A DNA stretch of 64,000 nt from contig OZ316897.1 in assembly GCA_973895155.1 (NCBI GenBank), positions 11,307,832 through 11,371,831 on the forward strand, given 5' to 3'. Of the stretch, positions 39,817 to 52,689 are shown in pieces. The translations under genes were made by a program, and so were the position numbers. Below the pieces are notes generated by a model. That model ran no database searches, was not told where the DNA came from, and worked only from the letters and a program-made list of their open reading frames with translations. Source of the stretch: Marsupella aquatica. Its lineage: Eukaryota; Plantae; Marchantiophyta. Positions within the stretch are counted from its first letter, which is position 1; each line of letters opens with the position of its first letter.

Positions 39817-42800
39817 TCAAGCTTTGGCTTTCTTTTTCTTGGCTTTCTCATCTACAACCCTTGAAGTCTTTCCTGACTTGATTTGTCTGACTACTTCAGC
39901 TGGTGAAGCCTTACTTGCCACTGCAACGACTTCTTCAACTTGTTTTTCGGCCACTGCTGGCTCACTCGAAGTAATCCTTTGTCTTTTTTTCTTTTTGCCA
40001 TTTGTAGATGGAGTGGCTGGTTGCCTAGTATCCTCGGACTCTTTCATCTTCCTCTTCTTTTCCTGCAAGGCATTCCTTTTCTTTTCACGCAAAGCCTCCC
40101 TCTTCACTTCTCTGCAAAACAAACCAAACATGTCCCAGGTTCCAAAATCAGAATGGATAAACTATGTCCTGATCCATTACATCGTCCGATCTTTAGGTAC
40201 GGCAATAATGCTTTCCCACCTATTACATATCTCACGTGCTTGAATACCAGAAGAAATCAAGAACAACCACTTGACAACCCAAATACCTTGCAGCCGCTAT
40301 TTCCTCCTTGGAAGGCATGTTCTTGCGTGCCTTTCTTCCCCTGAGTTTCTTTATCTTGGGGGATTCCAAGCTTTTCTTCCCATCATTCTTAGAACGAGCT
40401 TCATTCCCTGCAATTCCATTCGATGTTTCAGGTGAACTACCTCCATGTACCTCGCCCTCAGTGCCGTTGGCTTCCATATCAGTAGTTTCTGCTTCATCAC
40501 CACTATGACCTTGAGCAGCTACTCCAGTGACATCTTCACCCATCACATTTTCTTCAACAGCATCATCCTTCGTGGTTTTGATTTTGTTGCTCATCTTTCG
40601 TAGCTGTGAGCAAATGAGAAATGCAAGAAGTCAGTCTCATGGCTTTCGTCGACCATCCCGGCTACTGAGATTGCTGTTAATTGGATGACTCGAAACTAAG
40701 TTAACTCACCTTGGCAACAAAAAACCCATCCATGTTATGGGTGTGTGGATAGAACCGTCTGGTGTTCTCTACACTTGGATGGAACCGTTGTTCCCTAAAG
40801 CGTGTAAAGCTGCATATATACATGTCGCATATTAACAGCCATCAATAATTGGACTAGAATCATAAGATACGAACAAAAAAAATACATCTTCAAATCACCA
40901 CTTGCGTTGTTAAAGGGTCCAATTTTACTTTCTTCGGTGGGATCGAAGCACGTTAAATGTATCTGTGGCCCAACTTAAACGAGAGCTTACCCAGGGCGAC
41001 CAAAATCAAGACCACCTGACACAACTTTGACATCCCTTTTCCTCAGGGCATAATCTATGACGGCTTCATTCTGCAAAGATCAAGCAACAGTTTTCGGTCA
41101 ATAATATGCTACTCATAAATTGAGGGGGAAGGCTTCACGAATACAAGGTAGTCCAAGGACTGAACTTTTGCAGCGGGGAAGGAAGCTTGGAGGACCCTAG
41201 CAAATCTATCACGCCTATATATCAGAGGGCTTCGATGGCAATGATCACCTCCACATGAATAGAAAATAGATCACCAGGACAATGCTGACATGATCAGATC
41301 AAGTCAAGCAATAACGCTGGCAACAATGCGACTGTCAAAAGTGAAAAAAACGCTTCCCAACACCAATTGCTTGACGCTGCCTTCCCCATATTTCATAGAA
41401 GTACTTCAACTAATGAGGGAAAGCTTCCACCAAAAGTTACCTCAGCAACCATAACAGAGCACGTAGAATACACGATGAACCCTCCAGTCTTCGACCCAGA
41501 ATCCACCATATCTATGGCAGCTAGAAGAAGCTCCTGCATCACATTGCCAAGCCTGATCAGTTGAAACATTCATTGGGCTGCGACGAGTGGGCGAAGTGCA
41601 AATCTATGGCGACGGCATATGCCTGAACTTAGCTAAGTTCTAAAATGCAGAGCCCGTTATGCTCGTCGTGATACATTCTCTTTTTGGTTCCAACCGTTAC
41701 ATGTAACTGTGATATGACTTCAATGTATGGAACCAGCAGTGTATAGTAAGGAACAAGCCAAACCTTTTGTAGAAAGGCACATCGTATGATATCCTCTGCA
41801 CTCTTAGTCACCTTCACCGATTGATCTTTTCCTATTACCTGTTTCCAAAATCAACTCAAAATGAACAGCTATTGTAAACATAATAAGAAAACACTTCAAG
41901 GATTTCAAGATGAATTCTTCGCTGAGTAAATTGACTGAGGCAAACCAATCAGATGGAAGAGCCACTTACCCCCGTGCCACTACATGGGGCGTCCAATAAA
42001 ACTCGGTCCACGCTATTCTTTCCCAGAACTTTGGGAAGCTGCAAAATGAAACAGACATAAGAAACTGGCGAAGGACAGACAGAATGGACTTGTTCGTAAC
42101 TCAACAAGAAGACTAGTTGTTACTAAAACCTGCCCAATCACAATCGGAACCGGGTCTGTATTGGATATCCTAGTTTGATGTCTGCACAAAACGATGAGAA
42201 GAACGAACTTGGCGCAGAACTGATTATTACTAACCTGGCGACCATCATAGTTGCAAATGATGGTATTAGTCACTCCCATGCGCTGTATATTTGCTGACAG
42301 AGACGCCACTCTAGGCTCCTTCAGCTCATTTGCAAATATCACTCCTGCGAGTAGGTAAAGAAGTAAAAGAAAAATGTGGATGAGCAAGGGGTGAATCAGG
42401 CTCCAGGAAAATACTGGAAAACTCTTGAATGGGACAACTAAAAAATGCCCCCTGGTTGTTCTCAAGTTGTTTTTCAAACTACTGTGAGGCTATTAGACCA
42501 CGAGAAGCTTCAAATTTACATGCAATGAAGTGTAGATAAGACTGAGAACTGAAGTTTAAGACCAATAAGACTACAAATCCACCGACAAGTCCCTGTTCCC
42601 TGCCACTGGTTGGTCAACTCTGTCACGTATCAACATCCATCATGCACAGAAGTCCCCAAGACCGAGAGCAACAACTAGCGAACAAGGGCAACACTAAGGA
42701 CGTTCAGTTGTGCAGGTGTGCCTCCCAAATGACAAAATGTGCACAATACATTCGGTGTAACTGTGACAGTACATTACTGGACTTTCGCAGGACTCATCGC

Positions 42801-45800
42801 ACAGCTACTTTATATGAAAGGAACCATCAGCGTAACTATGACATTTAAGCCCATCATTTGGGAGGGAGAATGCTAACGCAAACCCCTCGATCCGGTCTTC
42901 TTCGTTGTCCTCATTTGGAACCCTTGCAGACTTTGTTGACTGGAAAAAATCGTATAAAACCTAACCCAAGAGAAACCTCGGGTTACACAACAGCTTCTCC
43001 CAGCACTAATCGTAACTATGAAGATTAAGCCCATGATTTTCTAGGGACAACGCTAACACAAAACCTTCGATCTGGTCTTCTTCGTTGTCCTCATTTAAAC
43101 CCTTGCAGAAACGTTGATGACTGGACAAAATAGTATAACCAAGAGGGACCTAGGAGTACACACTGCTCTGTATCAATTGACGAATCTAGATTGCTTCAAA
43201 CAGTCTCAGACGCCAAGGGGCTGAACGAGGCTTCAGGAAAATGAGGTTGAGCAAGGGGATGAATCAGGCTCCAGGAAAATACTGGAAAACTCCTGGATGG
43301 GACCACTAAAAACTGCCCCACGGTTGTTCTCTAGTTGTTCGTCAAACTACTGTGAGGCTATTAGACCACGAGAAGCTTCAAATTTACATGCAATGAAGTG
43401 GAGATAAGATTGAAAACTTAAGTTCAAGACCAAGACTCCTACAACACTACCGATGACTCCCTGTTCCCAGCCACGGGTTGGTCAACTCTGTCACGTATCA
43501 ACATCCATCATGCACGGAAGTCCCTAAGACCAAGAGCAACAACTAGCGAACAAGGGCAACACTAAGGACTTTCAGTTGTGCACGTGTGCCTCCCAGATGA
43601 CAAAATGTGCACACTACATTCGGTGTAACTATGACAGTACATCCGGTGGGTATATTACTGGCCTTTCCCAGGACTCATCGCACAGCTACCATATATGAAA
43701 GGAACCATCAGCGTAACTATGACATTTAAGCCCATCACTTGGGAGGAGAATGCTAACGCAAACCCCTCGATCCGGTCTCTTCGTTGTCCTCATTTGGAAC
43801 CCTTGCAGACTTTGTTGACTGGGAAAAATTGTATAAAACCCGACCCAAGAGAAACCTCGGATTACACAACAGCTTCTCCAGGACTAATCGCACAGCTACT
43901 TTACATGAAAGGAACCATCAGCGTAACTATGACATTTAAGCCCATCATTTGGGAGGGAGAATGCTAACGCAAACCCCTCGATCTGGTCTTCTTCGTTGTC
44001 CTCATTTGGAACCCTTGCAGACTTGTTGACTGGAAAAAATCGTATAAAACCCAACCCAAGAGAAACCTCGGATTACACAACAGCTCCTCCAGTACTAATC
44101 GCACAGCTACTTTATGAAAAGAAGCATCAGCGTAACTACGAAGATTAAGCCCATGATTTTCAAAGGAAAACGCTAACACAAAACCCTCGATCTGGTCTTC
44201 TTCGTTGTCCTCATTTAAACCCTTGCAGAAAAAGTTGATGACTGGACAAAATAGTATAACCAAGAGGGACCTAGGAATACACTATTGCTCTGTATCAATT
44301 GACGAACCTAGATTGCTTCAAACAGTCTCAGACGCCATGTCCGACAACACGGAGACCCCAAAGTATGCCCTTCAATGGAAGGAGAAATCAAATAGAGAAA
44401 AATACATGAGTTTGAGGAAAAACCTGTATTCTTCATTAGAGACGCAATGTATGTTGTCTTTCCACCTGGCGCAGCCCTGATACATCCCATTCACATCCAC
44501 AAAATCACACCATCTGAGGACTACACGGACCGAGAGTTTGAGACGTGTGTTACCAGCCGGATCTACTCAACTCTTTAGTTCCAATTAAGCCATGACTTTC
44601 AAAAAAATAAACATTCAGTAGACTAGCTACAGCAAGACATCGATCCCTAAGTACTTGCAAATTGTACTAGGAGGAGAACATACGCCATGTCAACCACACG
44701 TTCCCTTTCTTGAGGTGCCAAAGCCATAACAGGCAGAAAAGATGATGCACTTTGAAGCTGTAGAAAGCACAAGCAAGTATTTAATCAACCAACCAGCTGA
44801 AAGAGAAATCTGAATGAAATTAGAAAATAGAGCATGGACATTCATGGCAAGGACTTGGTAAGGCTATGATAAGTTTCAAGTACCCTCTACTACTCTCTGC
44901 TCCCCTGTATTGTGGTTAAAGCAAACTCACCATGTAATGCCCCGCCATGTATTCTGGAGTTGCGCCAACTGGCACCTTTGACTCATAGACGACTAGTCCA
45001 ACCTTCACCAAAACCCAACAATTAAACTCAATAATGAAAATTACCCGTCTTGAACTATGATAACAGGTGTTAATTAGACGTGACTTGCATAGAAGCCAGC
45101 ATGCAACTTGAGGCAGTTGACACGCAAAGCGATAGTATGGGAAGAGGTACTGGAGATCCAAACCTTGGACCATTTTCCTATGGGGGCCAAATTGACTCCT
45201 CTGTTCATTAGCACATCAAGCAATTCACGCCTCCGAGCCTTCACAATCCAGACAAGAATTTTGCTTAGGAAACAACTGCGTCTCCTGTTGGGAGGGGGAA
45301 GGAGAAAAGACCCTAAACCCTAATTCCTAGCTTCCAACTACTCCATGAACTAATCAATTGATACCTTCCTTCCTACTCAAAGGCGATACATCACGAGGAC
45401 CACAAAACGTCTTTGCTTTTTTAACTTTTTCAAAACGTCTTTGCTGGTAAACAGGCATCATTTCGACCATAGTTTGCTACCTTCAAAGTATTAGTCCTCA
45501 AACAAACAGGACGAGGAGTTTCATACGCTTCGATGAGCTCAACAGCTTCTGCAACAGGGAACATCTGCAGCAGCCCACACAGATGAAGAGGAATATTTTA
45601 AAAAGAGATGAGGCCAAAATGTAATACATTCACGACATGGCTTCTGTAAATTGTGGTGCAGTCCATTTTCGGGGTTGGTCAGATTGAAACACTTGAACTG
45701 TCTAACCACTCAGAAGCGGATTGTCAGGCAAACTTCGAACAACCGCCTAAGGATTGTCAAACATTCTTTATCACGTGGCTAATGGGGGCTGTCACACAAT

Positions 45801-47545
45801 CATCGAAGTACGTAAAATTTACTCTCAAATGACGGTGGTCTAGCAGCAATTAGAGGTCTACAGACTGATAGACATCCATCACTAATATCCTATTCTACAT
45901 CAAAAATGACATGAGAGAGTGAAACTGACCTGCATGAAAATGTTGATCAGATACGCATTGTAGCCATAATATGAAGCGAGATCTGCTGCCATCTGCTTGG
46001 TGTAATCACCTCGTGAATACCCCTCAGCTCGGAGAGTTTTAAAGCTTGACAGCACTCGAACAACTGGGAAAGGCAATGAGGTCGTCTGATGTCAAAAGCT
46101 GGAGCATGAACGAATGCATTGATTACCGATCAGGTCAGACAGAAAATCAATGTGCAAGGGCTGTCGGCGTTTGAACAACTCAGCGGATGTAGAAAGGGTT
46201 CAATGCCAGCGCCAACATACTCTCTTTGATTCTGTGCTGAATACGAGGAAGATCAGGGGGCCGCTTGGCCTCCTCATCGAGCTCCTGAGAAACCAACAAT
46301 CAAAGTAGAAAGATGGCATATTAATAGATAGCACCAGATTGCATTTATTAGCCATACGATAATGAAATCTGCTTGCAGGAATCAGATAGGATGGAGCAGG
46401 CGAGAGCCACCTATTACTTACTTCCTCCGTTGGGAGCTGAAAGAATTCAGAGTCTCCCTGGATATTGAGCTGCATTTCTTCTGCTTCTGCGTCCTTTTCA
46501 TCTTTAGCCCGTTGTGCATCAACTTTCCGGGCCTTCTTCTCCACTTCCAACTCGCCGTCGCTTTCGTCATCTGACGGTACAAGAACGTTACTGAAGTGAG
46601 TGGATTGAGACAAACAAGAGTGCTTACAATATGGAATTGTACGAGGACCATCAGAATCCCCCCCGCCCCAAAATGACGAACGGCTTACATTCCCTAGTCC
46701 CTCTTGCCGTAAGCTCAACACTGAGAATACGCTTATCAGTTAAATTTCTAGACTGAGGTGAATGAAAGGCTCAAACCATCTGATAATGCCTCCTCGTCCC
46801 CAGAAAATTCATCCCCCTGTCCTCCATCACTATCCTCGTCGTCGCTGTCCAGCAACTTGGACTTTGCCTTCAGCCATGACCTATTTTCATCAGTGAAACC
46901 TTTCGTCTTTTTCTTAACAACCGGATTGTCGTCTGCGCTGTCTTCACCACTATCTTCAGCGCTGTCTTCTTCACTATCCTCTCCTCCTGATTCATCCTCA
47001 CTTGATTCTGATAGTTCCGGTTCAGGCTCGGGCTTACCCGCCTTTCCTGTATCATCCCCACCTACTACTTTAGATTGTACAATTTTCAATCACGGCAATG
47101 GGCTACAAACCACACAAGACGAAATGATAAACCCTAAGATTGAAAACAAACGAAAAGTTGAAAGCTAGACTGATAGTATCAAGTTAGGGGAGATCCTTCA
47201 GAGTGGGAACCCATCCTAATAGGGGCTCTCATAGAAGAAGACGACATATTTCAGAGCCTAGCATCCAGAGATTTAGTTAAAGCTCACAAAAATTCCCGAG
47301 CTAGAGAGTGATCTAGAGAGAACCACCAAAATCTCGAAGATATTTTAAGTTGGAAAAAACCCGACTCCAACGAAAGAGCACGCCATACATTCCAAATGTA
47401 GGTTTATTGTCATGTGGATCACAGAAAAGCTTCTCTTGAATGAACAAATTCAAGCACTTACGAACACGGGAAACCCACCTGAACGAAGAGAAGCGGCAAC
47501 GGATCCGCGGGTAGCGCGGACGATCTTAGAAGAAACCGGGGCCAT
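39817..47545 (-). CDS. NOP2: NOP2/NSUN1 25S rRNA cytosine-C5 methyltransferase, ~18 exons
   Basis: Spliced minus-strand motifs: [60 protein letters not shown] (41970-42038), [10 protein letters not shown] (41441-41533), [16 protein letters not shown]; acidic N-terminus and Lys-rich tail. First exon (MAPVSSKIV..., 47545-47479) and the exon 2 acceptor are less certain. Confidence 0.93.
42380..44337. repeat. Nested tandem duplication filling NOP2 intron 10 (units ~42380-43215 and ~43247-44337; inner ~180-220 bp unit x5)
   Basis: tgagcaagggg.tgaatcaggctccaggaaaatactgg at 42381 and 43248; tcgatc.ggtc...cttcgttgtcctcattt at ~42887, 43068, 43767, 43978, 44187. Confidence 0.9.
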
Positions 47546-47742
47546 CTCCAACTACAACAGCTCCAACGAAATGATAACAGAGTCGCTGCTCCGCTCTCCT
47601 TGGCGGAATGCAAATGCTCGTCGCTCCGCTGATTCTATTGCTGCTGCTCGATAAACCCACCGCTCGATAAACCCTCAGCCCCAGCAAAGCACAGTCCGCC
47701 GTTTTTCTCTCGAGCAGCTGAGGTTTTTCGTTCCCTTTACTA

Positions 47743-47900
47743 GGGCGTCCCAAAACGAGGCTTGACGGGCTGCCCGTGGACGAAGCCCACGGGATTTCCA
47801 TCGCGGACGGGACTGTACCATCGATGAAGGGCGGACGGGACTGTACCGTAGACGAAGGCCACGGGACTGCCATCGCGGACGGGACTGTACCATGGATGAC
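47743..47900. mobile_element. Probable truncated end of a GGGCGTC-TIR element with ~72-bp internal repeats, upstream of NOP2
   Basis: TACTA|GGGCGTCCCAAA matches the left end of the 34305 MITE; repeated catcgcggacgggactgtacc; no right TIR found. Confidence 0.45.
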
Positions 47901-49433
47901 GGGCCGTCAGGCAGCAGTAAGTGGTAGACCTGTGATGAGTTTAGGGCATGTACAGTAGAACTGATGAACTGTAAATATCTATGTATCAGTGTGGATGGAT
48001 TTTGTGAGACCCTTATGCACTTCACTTAGGAGCTCTAGTGTTTTATAATATGCCAGCATATAGGGTCCTTGTTCTTTGTTGGTTTTGTCTTTACGCTTTT
48101 GTTGTGGCTCTTTGGGCTTTCTGGGCTCTTTGATTGCCTCCCTTTGATTGGGTCTTTGCCTGTGTGATCTTGCCTCCTGTTTAGGTGCCCCTTGTTACGG
48201 ACCCCACTAGAGGTCCCTTCCAAAATTCGAGACTCCACAGCACGTCACATCATCGAGACTGACCGCAAACAGGTACGGATTGGTTTTGCAAAAGAAAATA
48301 ACCGCCCGGATCCTGTTTGCAACACTTTGTGCATAAAAATAGGGTCGCCGTGCCGTCAAAATAGGAAGTAAAAGAAACAAAAATACACAGAAAGAAATTA
48401 CGTTTATTTACACTTGTAACGGCTTTAGTTACAATTTTAATTTTGGCCCAAATAAAAATTCCTTCCAAATTTTGATTGGAACAAATAATTCATTTCACCA
48501 AAAATAGATATAGACATCAGTGTTTACCTAGTGAAAAAGTAACAAGTTGCATAACTATTTCATAATAACTACTTTGGAATTTCTTTCATTCGTTCATTCC
48601 TCTCAACACTCTTCCTTCATGCCGTTTGATTGACGTGATTGTTGTTTGCTGGTCACGTCGTAGAGTTGTGCTCCATCTGTCTTTACATTGCATCGCAGCT
48701 TTGCTTCACACGACATCCTTCTCTCTGTCATCCAAGTACTTGTGTAATGTAGCGGCAACTGAATTTCCATTGATTGAGAACTCCATCCGAGCCAAATTGT
48801 GTCCATATTCTCTTCAGGTTTAATTAGAAATTGACAAGGTTGGACTTGTCTAAACGCGTTCTTGTATCCAAGCCTAGTTGCCGTGATTGTTGGAGCGCAT
48901 TGCTGCTTGGGAATATGTTTGGTAATCATGTGTCCATATTCTCTCCTGGTTTCCAAATTGAATTGACCTAATGGCACATGATTGCAAATTTAGTTTCCGT
49001 GTAGAAGGGATCAGTTTATTGTAGTCCAGGTTGGAAATTGCTTTGGTTTGCATCATTGGAGGAAGGCTCCAAGAACGGAATTGTTGTTTGTGTTGCTTTT
49101 CCAGGTTGGAGTCGGTGAGGAGTGAAAAGAGGTGGAACAGGGCCAAGATATGTTGAGCTGAGTTGAGTTGAGCTAAGCTAAGCTGTCAAAGTTGCATCGG
49201 GGATGTAAGGGAGTGGTGTTTTTGTGTTGATTGATACTCCAAGTGATCATTGGATTGCCCCGAGTTGAGTGAGAGTTACATTGTGCAGGGAAGTTGAAAG
49301 TCATGACCAAGGAGAAGCAGGTTGACACTAACAGACTGTTACTAAAGGTAGGCCAAGGAGGGGAGCTGCAACATTGCTTCAGGTCATTTTTCAGTCCCCA
49401 ATTTTGAATATCGTCACCTAAGCGTGTGCTTCT

Positions 49434-51200
49434 TTGGCACAGCAACAAGATGCTTTGGTCGTTGAAGAGCGTAAGGTGTTCTGTTCTGTGCAATTTAATA
49501 TTCTCCCTCCTGTCGATTTCAATGCTCTGGAACATAACACAAAATCCATTGTGAAATTTTTTGCGGAGTATCAATCAAAACTGCAAATCACAAAGCAGGT
49601 GTGTGATGCCATTGATGGTGAAGTGAAGGCGAGGGCTATGACTATCAGGGCCCTGGCTTGCAGCCAGACAGTATTCGTCCTTAATGACGCAATTAGACTT
49701 GGAGATATCCAAAATTTCCATTGATGAGCTATATTTGCCTTTAGAAGAGTATTTGAAAACTTGCCCTAGGGACAATTGGTATTGAACAAACTAACCAATG
49801 ATATCAACTAAAGAAACGATTCCAGTACTCATTATCGTGATGGGGAAGGGATTTGAGTAAGGAGATTTGTAGGTTCTGATTTACTGATTTGAAGTATTTG
49901 TACTTTCGGTGACACCGTAACACGAAGAAAGTCAAGGTTGGCTTCCAAGAGATTCTGAGGGACCTTTGACATCTAGACGGCAATAACAAATTATTGCTAG
50001 CCTTTGACTAACTATTGTAACATAACTCAATTCCATGAAAGAAAGCTTCCGAATGACCAATTTTCTTTGGATGATCCAAAATGTATGGGTGAGTGAGTCA
50101 TTCACTTTCTAATAAAATGCCTAATTTGATCCCAAAAAATTATATAAATTATAAATTATAAAAAATCATAACTACTTTGAGCTGTTCAGTCAGTCACATT
50201 TCTACCATAGTAGTAGTGTGCCATAATGTCATTCAATTCCTAGCAAACTTGATACTCCTTGACCTTTTGGAGCCCCATCTCAAGATATTAGTAAAATTCT
50301 ATGCCCCTCCTCCATTTGCCAGCATAGCTTTTTGGTGATCATGTGTGCCCAGACCTCATGTGCCACCATAGCTTCTTGTGGAAGTTTCTGCAGTCCTATA
50401 GTTGGAGAAAGAGGCTCGTCATTTCATCCTTGTATTGGAAATGTGTCTTCTATAGAACATCTAATAACTTCATTGAGGATTTTGTAAGGAGAAGAACTAA
50501 GCCTCATGTTGCCAATTTGAAAAATGTATTGACTGATAACTTTGTGAGTCAAGTTCAGCGAGGTTGTAGCATTTACACAAAGATCATTGAAAGGAAGACC
50601 CTCTGCACAGGTTAGTCTTTGGAAATTCTGGTCTTGCTTTCCACTTCTCAATTTATTCAGTTTATTGCATCTGAGGTTGTTCACACATTTTGAGATCATA
50701 GAAACTTTATTAGGTGTCTCCACCTAGCTCCATTTGACCATTTCTTAGTCATTACTTTTCAGCTCATTCAGAGAAGAGATTCTGATATTCCTGAGCCAAC
50801 AGTAGCGCAGGTAATTTTGGACATTATTGGCATGTAGAAATTAGGGGACATTTGAATTGGCTTTTGTTTCATAGAATGAATTGAAATGATGAATTTATAC
50901 CCGCGGTGGCTATATATGGCGCATTCTGGGCTGTCATAAGCTAGCAATGCTTGTAGCATTCTCAATATTCTGCAAATAATTATCTGACTTATATGTTGCT
51001 TTAGTCCTTTTGGGGGGAGCTGATACAAAGTTGTATAGAGCTGCATGCTGACAAATCCAGTGACCCCTGTTAGGCTCTCTTTACCACTTTTACAACTCCT
51101 CCCACTATGTTGTTTGGACAGAGAATTCATGATAAGGCGGCCCTAGCTATTTTTTTATGTTTTTCTGCGTTTCAAACCTGGCTAACTTAGTGGGTACCAA
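49434..51200 (+). pseudogene. Decayed coding sequence of unknown family (probably TE-derived)
   Basis: Protein-like frames interrupted mainly by TAG/TGA, e.g. GHLNWLLFHRMN*NDEFIPAVAIYGAFWAVIS*QCL*HSQYSANNYLTYMLL*SFWGELIQ... Confidence 0.4.
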
Positions 51201-51974
51201 TACTTCTCAACTCTTAGTGCCCAAGGAAGCGGGACATCATCTTCTTTTCAGCCCAGGACTATTTCGTTACCTCTATTGAGCACTTTGCATCACCAAACTT
51301 GATTGTTTTGCTTATACTATTTGCAAGTGATACAAGCTAAGATATTATGTGGTTTCCTCTAGAATATTCTAGCAAACATATTTTACCAGAAGATTTTCAA
51401 CCATTTAGAACCAAAGCTCTCCACTCCATAAGTGAGCTACAGTACTTGAGTTTCAGCCTTTCAGGAAATGTTCCACAATTACAGATGAGACAAAGTATGT
51501 GCTAGAAGTACTTCAGTTCTGTTTAGCAATAAGTACTAGCATATTTTATTTTGTCATACTTTTGGGTAGATGAATGGTTGGATAGATATCATTTTGTTCT
51601 ATTAGTTGCCCAACTTGTTTATAGGTGGCAGCGCTCAGATTTTCTTTTGACTTCATCCGTCAAAGTGCAGAGTTCAAAATTTAGATATTCAAAGGAAGAC
51701 CTTCTAAAGCTTTGCCTCGTTTCAAACATCTTCCTTTGTCTCATGAATCTTTCCTTTTCATGGGGATTTTCTAGTATCCCTAGTTGCGTCCTTATATATT
51801 TTACACGCAGTAATGTTTTAGCTTAACTGAATCCTAAGCTAGAGGGTCCACGGATTAATTCTTTTTGCAGTTTGTGAAAATATATATATTGAAAATTGAG
51901 AATTGTGTACAAGTTCTAGAGGAGGAAGTTTTATACAACACTCCGCACAAGCAAAAATCCAAAGAGGGAGAGTA

Positions 51975-52200
51975 TGTAAAAGGCAAGGGACCCAATAAAG
52001 GAATAAGGGGAGAAAAAGAGAATCTCATAGGCAAGAGACCCAATGAAGGAATAAGGGGAGAAAACTAGAATCTCAAAGGCAAGAACCCAATAAAGGAAAA
52101 AGGGGAGAAAACAAGAATCTCAAAGCAAGAGACCAATAAGGAGAGAAAACAAGGATCTCAAAGGGAAAAGACCCAATAAAAAGGAGAAAGCAAGGGAAAG
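51975..52200. repeat. Purine-rich tandem repeat, ~45-48 bp x5 (aaaggcaagagacccaataaaggaataaggggagaaaacaagaatctc)
   Basis: Directly visible. Confidence 0.85.
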
Positions 52201-52689
52201 ATTGAGGCAGAGCATAGCACCAAATCAAATAACCACAAAGGCCAAGGGGCCCATGGACAACAAAAAAACTAAAGCCCTATTGAACATCAAATTGAAAAGC
52301 CTTGTAGAGCTCCGGAATAAACCACATAGGAGAGCCCAAGGGCTGTGTGCTGAAGGGCTTTTATTTTGGACATCTCCTGATAGAGAGAGCCCTAACTACT
52401 TTGGGTTCATCTCTCAAATCTGTCAAATTTTGTATTCCAAGCAAAGAGTGAATACTTTGCAGAGTTTCCGGCATTTTGATGAGGGAAGACCTTCACATCT
52501 CCTCTTGCCATGTGTTATGCTAAGTGCTTCAAAAATAGAAACTTTTGGTCAGGGATTAAAATCTTAGCTACTACCCAAAATACCTTGGTCAGTGTAGAAA
52601 TTCCAAAATGTGTGGCCAAATCTTGGCCGTTGGATTTACAGCGTGACTGTTCTGTGTTGTGCGATGCTCCAAAAGGTGGTGGCGCATAA

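Noticed and set aside
42345-44423. Intronic C/D snoRNA cluster in NOP2
   Set aside because: No clean RTGATGA...CTGA pair with a terminal stem was found by eye on the sense strand
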